A DNA stretch of 64,000 nt, from the NCBI GenBank assembly GCA_037189845.1, contig JBBCIS010000007.1, positions 34,425 to 98,424 on the forward strand, read 5' to 3'. Origin of the DNA: a bacterium (GTDB taxonomy: Bacteria > Bacteroidota > Bacteroidia > Chitinophagales > JADIYW01). The translations under genes and the position numbers were made by a program. The notes under the pieces were generated by a model that searched no databases, was not told the origin of the DNA, and worked only from the letters and a program-made list of their open reading frames with translations. Positions 59,897 through 64,000 of the stretch are shown piece by piece (within the stretch, counting starts at the first letter, position 1; each line of letters starts with the position of its first letter).

Positions 59897-61087
59897 ATGT
59901 TCTTAGACTTTTTCCTGTTACTCAGAAAAGAAGGGCTACCTGTATCCATACAGGAGTATCTGGCATTGTTGGAAGCACTGCGAAAAGGCATCGCTAATTA
60001 CTCTGTAGAGGATTTTTATGCACTTTGCAAAACCGTTTTAGTCAAGCATGAGCAATATCTGGATAGGTTTGATATACTCTTCGGACATTATTTCAAAGGG
60101 GTACAATTTGTCTCTGAAGCAGCTCAAAAAGAGATACCGGAAGATTGGTTGAGAAAGGAGCTGGATAGAATGTTTACTGAAGAAGAGAAGAAATTGATCG
60201 AAGCTTATGGAGGGTTGGATGAGATCATGAAAAGGCTGGAAGAATTGCTTAAGGAACAGAAGGAAAGACATCAGGGTGGTAATACATGGATAGGTACAGG
60301 CGGCACTTCACCATTCGGACATGGTGGGTATAATCCTCAGGGCGTCCGTGTTGGTGGTTCCGGTGGACAGAAATCTGCCATTAAAATATGGGAGAAACGT
60401 CAATTCAGAGATTATGCAGATGATCTGGAGCTCAATACCAGAAATATTAAAATGGCGCTCAGAAGACTACGTATCCTGACTCGTGACGGCATTCCGGATG
60501 AACTGGATCTTCATACTACAATAGATAACACCTGTCGCAATGCCGGTTATATAGATATAGCTATGCAGGCATCTAAAAAGAATAAGGTCAAAGTACTCCT
60601 GTTTTTCGATGTGGGAGGCTCTATGGATCCACATATAGAATTATGCTCGCAGCTATTTTCTGCTGCTAAGTCTGAATTTAAGCACCTGGAATTTTTTTAC
60701 TTCCATAACTGTATTTATGAATCTGTCTGGAAGAATAATTCCCTGCGTTGGGAAGATAAGATTCCTACTCTGGATATCTTCCATAAATTCAATGGAGATT
60801 ACAAAGTGATCATTGTCGGAGATGCCACAATGTCCCCTTATGAGCTTACACACGCCGGAGGCAGTATTGAACACTATAACGATGAAAGTGGAGTCGCATG
60901 GCTGAAGAAGATGAAAGAGCATTTTCCATATACTGTATGGATCAATCCTTCATCAGAGGCCTTCTGGCATGGGACCAAAAGTATTCAGATTATCCAGGAG
61001 ATTTTTCCTGAAAGGATGTTTCCCATGACAATGGAAGGACTTTCCCGTGCAATGAAAGAATTAAAAGGAAAAAAATTGAGGGTCTAA
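59897..61087 (+). CDS. CoxE-like VWA domain protein
   Basis: WIGTGGTSPFG, FDVGGSMDPH, YFHNC, VGDATMSPYE. Confidence 0.85.
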   Translation: MFLDFFLLLRKEGLPVSIQEYLALLEALRKGIANYSVEDFYALCKTVLVKHEQYLDRFDILFGHYFKGVQFVSEAAQKEIPEDWLRKELDRMFTEEEKKLIEAYGGLDEIMKRLEELLKEQKERHQGGNTWIGTGGTSPFGHGGYNPQGVRVGGSGGQKSAIKIWEKRQFRDYADDLELNTRNIKMALRRLRILTRDGIPDELDLHTTIDNTCRNAGYIDIAMQASKKNKVKVLLFFDVGGSMDPHIELCSQLFSAAKSEFKHLEFFYFHNCIYESVWKNNSLRWEDKIPTLDIFHKFNGDYKVIIVGDATMSPYELTHAGGSIEHYNDESGVAWLKKMKEHFPYTVWINPSSEAFWHGTKSIQIIQEIFPERMFPMTMEGLSRAMKELKGKKLRV

Positions 61088-61118
61088 CCTGTTTAGAACT
61101 TGCTGAAAGTAATCAATT

Positions 61119-61946
61119 TTAATTCTCACCTGAAAAGATAGGAGCGAATTGCAGATGAACTTCTTTCTTATAAAAAAGCTTGGTAGTATCTGCAAAAGAT
61201 TCTGTAAAATCCGAAACATAGAAATGATGCTCTACCTCTTCACTGTTACTGATCAGATTTTCGTCACGTAATAGATTTTTTACGTATTGGGCTACAATTT
61301 CATTAGTCGCCAGTATTTCAACCTTTTTATTATTATCCTTATAATATTGAGCAATTTCTTTTTTGATCAGCGGATAATGCGTACATGCCAGAATAATTGC
61401 ATCAATATTGTCCAGTACCGGGTCGTTGAGATAGGCTTCTACGATGGCTTTACTGATATCTCCTTTGACAAATCCCGACTCTATCATAGGTGCCAGTAAA
61501 GGTGTTGCCAGAGTAGCTACTTCTATCAAGGGATTAGCAGCAGCAATTTTAGCAGGAAAAATTTGGGAACCAATTGTAGCACGCGTGCCTATGATGCCCA
61601 CTTTATTGTGCCGGGAGCTGGAGATATATTCGACCACCGGATCTATGACATTCACTACACGAATGCCAAATTTATCAGCATGTTCCTGTACAGCTTCGAA
61701 TGCCGCAGCTGACGCGCTGTTACATGCTATGATGATCAGCTTCACCTTATTCTGAAGTAAAAAGTCCGTAATTGCCAGACTGAATCTTTTGATAGTATCA
61801 GGTGATTTATCTCCATACGGAAGATGGGCGGTATCTCCGAAATAGATAAAACTCTCTCGGGGTAAAGTATTTAAAACAGCATTGGCGACCGTAAGGCCGC
61901 CAATACCAGAGTCAAATATTCCGATTGGACTTTCTGCTGTTTTCAT
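61119..61946 (-). CDS. murI: Glutamate racemase
   Basis: FDSGIGGLTV, IACNSAS, LACTHYP. Confidence 0.96.
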   Translation of the reverse strand: MKTAESPIGIFDSGIGGLTVANAVLNTLPRESFIYFGDTAHLPYGDKSPDTIKRFSLAITDFLLQNKVKLIIIACNSASAAAFEAVQEHADKFGIRVVNVIDPVVEYISSSRHNKVGIIGTRATIGSQIFPAKIAAANPLIEVATLATPLLAPMIESGFVKGDISKAIVEAYLNDPVLDNIDAIILACTHYPLIKKEIAQYYKDNNKKVEILATNEIVAQYVKNLLRDENLISNSEEVEHHFYVSDFTESFADTTKLFYKKEVHLQFAPIFSGEN

Positions 61947-61949
61947 TTC

Positions 61950-62498
61950 CTATTTAGGAGTTGCAGGTGCAGTAGCAGGTAAGCCTAACTTTTTCTTCAA
62001 AACGTTGATGATATTTTCTGACTCATCAGCATGCAGGATATTACCAGCGCTGGAATCAAAGATGTATGTATATCCGTTTTCTTTTGCAACATCAGCAATA
62101 GCTTTATTGATTTTGTCAAACATTGGCTGATAAAGTGTCTGACGTTTTTTACCTACCTTCTCTTCAGCAGATTCCTGAAACTCCTGAATTCTTTTCTCTA
62201 AATCCTGAATTTCTTTTGCTTTGAATTCCTGATCTATTTCAGTCATTCCTCCTTTTTGAGCAGTTGCCTGAAAGTCCTGAATTTTCTTTTGATACTCACC
62301 ATACATTTTTTCTAAGCTGGCATATAAATCGTTACCATATTTTTCCAGTTCAGTATCTGCAGTTTTTTTCTCCGGAATAGCATCTAACAATTCTAATGAG
62401 TTTACATAGCCGAATTTGTAAGCCTTGATCTGTGCATTAGCGTTGAATGCGAAAGCGGTCATCACAACTACCGCGAGCGTAAAAATGATTTTCTTCAT
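61950..62498 (-). CDS. skp: OmpH/Skp chaperone
   Basis: Signal peptide, KFGYVN, coiled coil, VAKENGYTYIFD. Confidence 0.9.
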   Translation of the reverse strand: MKKIIFTLAVVVMTAFAFNANAQIKAYKFGYVNSLELLDAIPEKKTADTELEKYGNDLYASLEKMYGEYQKKIQDFQATAQKGGMTEIDQEFKAKEIQDLEKRIQEFQESAEEKVGKKRQTLYQPMFDKINKAIADVAKENGYTYIFDSSAGNILHADESENIINVLKKKLGLPATAPATPK

Positions 62499-62537
62499 CG
62501 TGATTGGTTTCTAATTAGTTACTTTAATTTTGGTTAG

Positions 62538-63050
62538 TTAAGGTTGGATTGCTTTAAGGACTTGTTCACTCAGATCGTACTTGGAATTCGTATACAACAT
62601 TGTAGAACCGCCTGCAGCTTTGTCTAAGATAAAATCATATCCCAAATTAGTAGCAATTTTTTCGATTGCATTATATACTTTTTCTTGTATAGGCTGTACT
62701 AATTCCTGTCTTTTTTTGAATAAGTCTCCTTCAAATCCGAATCTTTGCTTTTGGAGCTCATTAGCCACCTGTTCTTTCGCAATAATTTCGTCCTGGCGTT
62801 TTTTCTTCATTTCATCAGTCAGCAAAAATTCCTCTGACTGATATTTTGCATAAAGCTGTTTGACTTCATTGTATTTCCCTTCAATTTCTTCATTCCATAC
62901 AACGACCATACCATCCAGTTTTTTCTGGGCATCATTATATGCAGGAATTTTTTCCAGAATATACTCTGTATCCACATATGCAAATCTTTGAGCAAAAGCA
63001 CTCAGTGAACTCAACAATACGATCGAAAAGGTAAATAGAATCTTTTTCAT
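62538..63050 (-). CDS. skp: OmpH/Skp chaperone (second paralog)
   Basis: RFAYVDTEYIL, FGFEGDLFKKRQELVQPIQ, GYDFILDK. Confidence 0.9.
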   Translation of the reverse strand: MKKILFTFSIVLLSSLSAFAQRFAYVDTEYILEKIPAYNDAQKKLDGMVVVWNEEIEGKYNEVKQLYAKYQSEEFLLTDEMKKKRQDEIIAKEQVANELQKQRFGFEGDLFKKRQELVQPIQEKVYNAIEKIATNLGYDFILDKAAGGSTMLYTNSKYDLSEQVLKAIQP

Positions 63051-63061
63051 ATTTTTAATTT

Positions 63062-64000
63062 TTATTCCGGCTCAAACCCTAAGATAATTGTAAAAGATCC
63101 ATTTTTCGCAATATAATCGAATAATCCTTTCGCAGTCTTAATGCGGTTATCGTCGTCATTTTTCGGTTGGTCAAATCTTATGCCATAATCAACCCCTAAC
63201 AATCCAAACATAGGTAAAAATGCTCTGATACCAATACCAACGGCTTTATTCAGACTGAATGGATCATAAGTTTTAAATGTTCTGTAGCTGTTACCTGCTT
63301 CTGCGAACACTAAACCATAGATTGTTGCGGAAGGATTTAGTGAGAACGGATATCTCAATTCCATGGTGAATTTATTGAAGATCGCATCTCCTCCATCATC
63401 AGAATATACTCCGTATCCTCTTTGTGAAATGATATCCTGACCAAATAATACGATATTGCTAGGAAGACCATTACCTCCGACCTCAAATCTTTCAAATGGA
63501 GATAAGCCCACATTTTTATTATAATATCCGAGGAAACCAAACTTCGCTGCAGCTCTAAATACGAGCTTGTTTTTCTTATCCAAGGCCTGATACCAATCGA
63601 ATGTCATTCTCCATTTGTGATATTCTACCCATTTCCATTTATCCTCTACAGGAGCATCTTTGTAGAAATCGTCTTTTCTGAATAAAGAATATGGAAGAGA
63701 GAATTGTCCGGAGATACTCACATTAGATCCACTGGTAGGATACAATGGCTGGTCTAATGAATTTCTGGAAAGTGTGAGCTTTAAATTCAGGTTGTTAAAG
63801 TTTCCGTTTTCAATAGTTGCGCTCTCACTGTAAATTCTTTCACGGAAGTTGTTCAGCTTGTAGTTTTGATAGTTCAAAGAAGTCTGGAAGACGAAATAAT
63901 CATCCGGGAACTTCAATCTTGTACCTAAAGCTATTGACGCTCCGTTTGTGATCTGGCTTCCATAAGCTTTGTTAGTACTGTAATTCATCAGCTGATACCT
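63062..64000 (-). CDS. bamA: BamA beta-barrel, C-terminal part (5' truncated by window)
   Basis: EYHKW, QRGY, MELRYP, FAEAGN, GIRAFLPMFGLLGVDYG. Upstream of skp-skp-murI. Confidence 0.93.
   Translation of the reverse strand, partial: RYQLMNYSTNKAYGSQITNGASIALGTRLKFPDDYFVFQTSLNYQNYKLNNFRERIYSESATIENGNFNNLNLKLTLSRNSLDQPLYPTSGSNVSISGQFSLPYSLFRKDDFYKDAPVEDKWKWVEYHKWRMTFDWYQALDKKNKLVFRAAAKFGFLGYYNKNVGLSPFERFEVGGNGLPSNIVLFGQDIISQRGYGVYSDDGGDAIFNKFTMELRYPFSLNPSATIYGLVFAEAGNSYRTFKTYDPFSLNKAVGIGIRAFLPMFGLLGVDYGIRFDQPKNDDDNRIKTAKGLFDYIAKNGSFTIILGFEPE

Overview
Chromosomal window from an AT-rich Bacteroidota bacterium, judged from TAnnTTTG -7 promoters, a T9SS cargo gene, the bat operon and a Bacteroidota-type mevalonate cluster. 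Most of it is housekeeping: a wzx fragment, envC, moxR-DUF58-batA-batBC-batD-batE, fni-mvaA-GHMP kinase, rlmN, rimP-nusA-infB, yaaA, rbfA, hpt-adk, a membrane PPase, murI, skp-skp-bamA. The accessory middle (about 27.8-46.4 kb) holds the interesting material: (i) a MITE with terminal inverted repeats and a target duplication, carrying nested palindromes; (ii) an XRE repressor whose divergent consensus promoter points into an ORF-less, hairpin-ended stretch; (iii) a RAYT transposase flanked by three REPs with a GTTG foot; (iv) an XRE-headed, single-orientation array of seven envelope/secreted genes. That array ends in a beta-helix plus EYFxxxDPG/T9SS gene pair, and its spacers carry shuffled shared sequence blocks and different palindromic repeats, including a perfect 54-bp palindrome. 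I saw no rRNA, tRNA, CRISPR array or integrase. All calls come from reading motifs by eye, and no database search was run.
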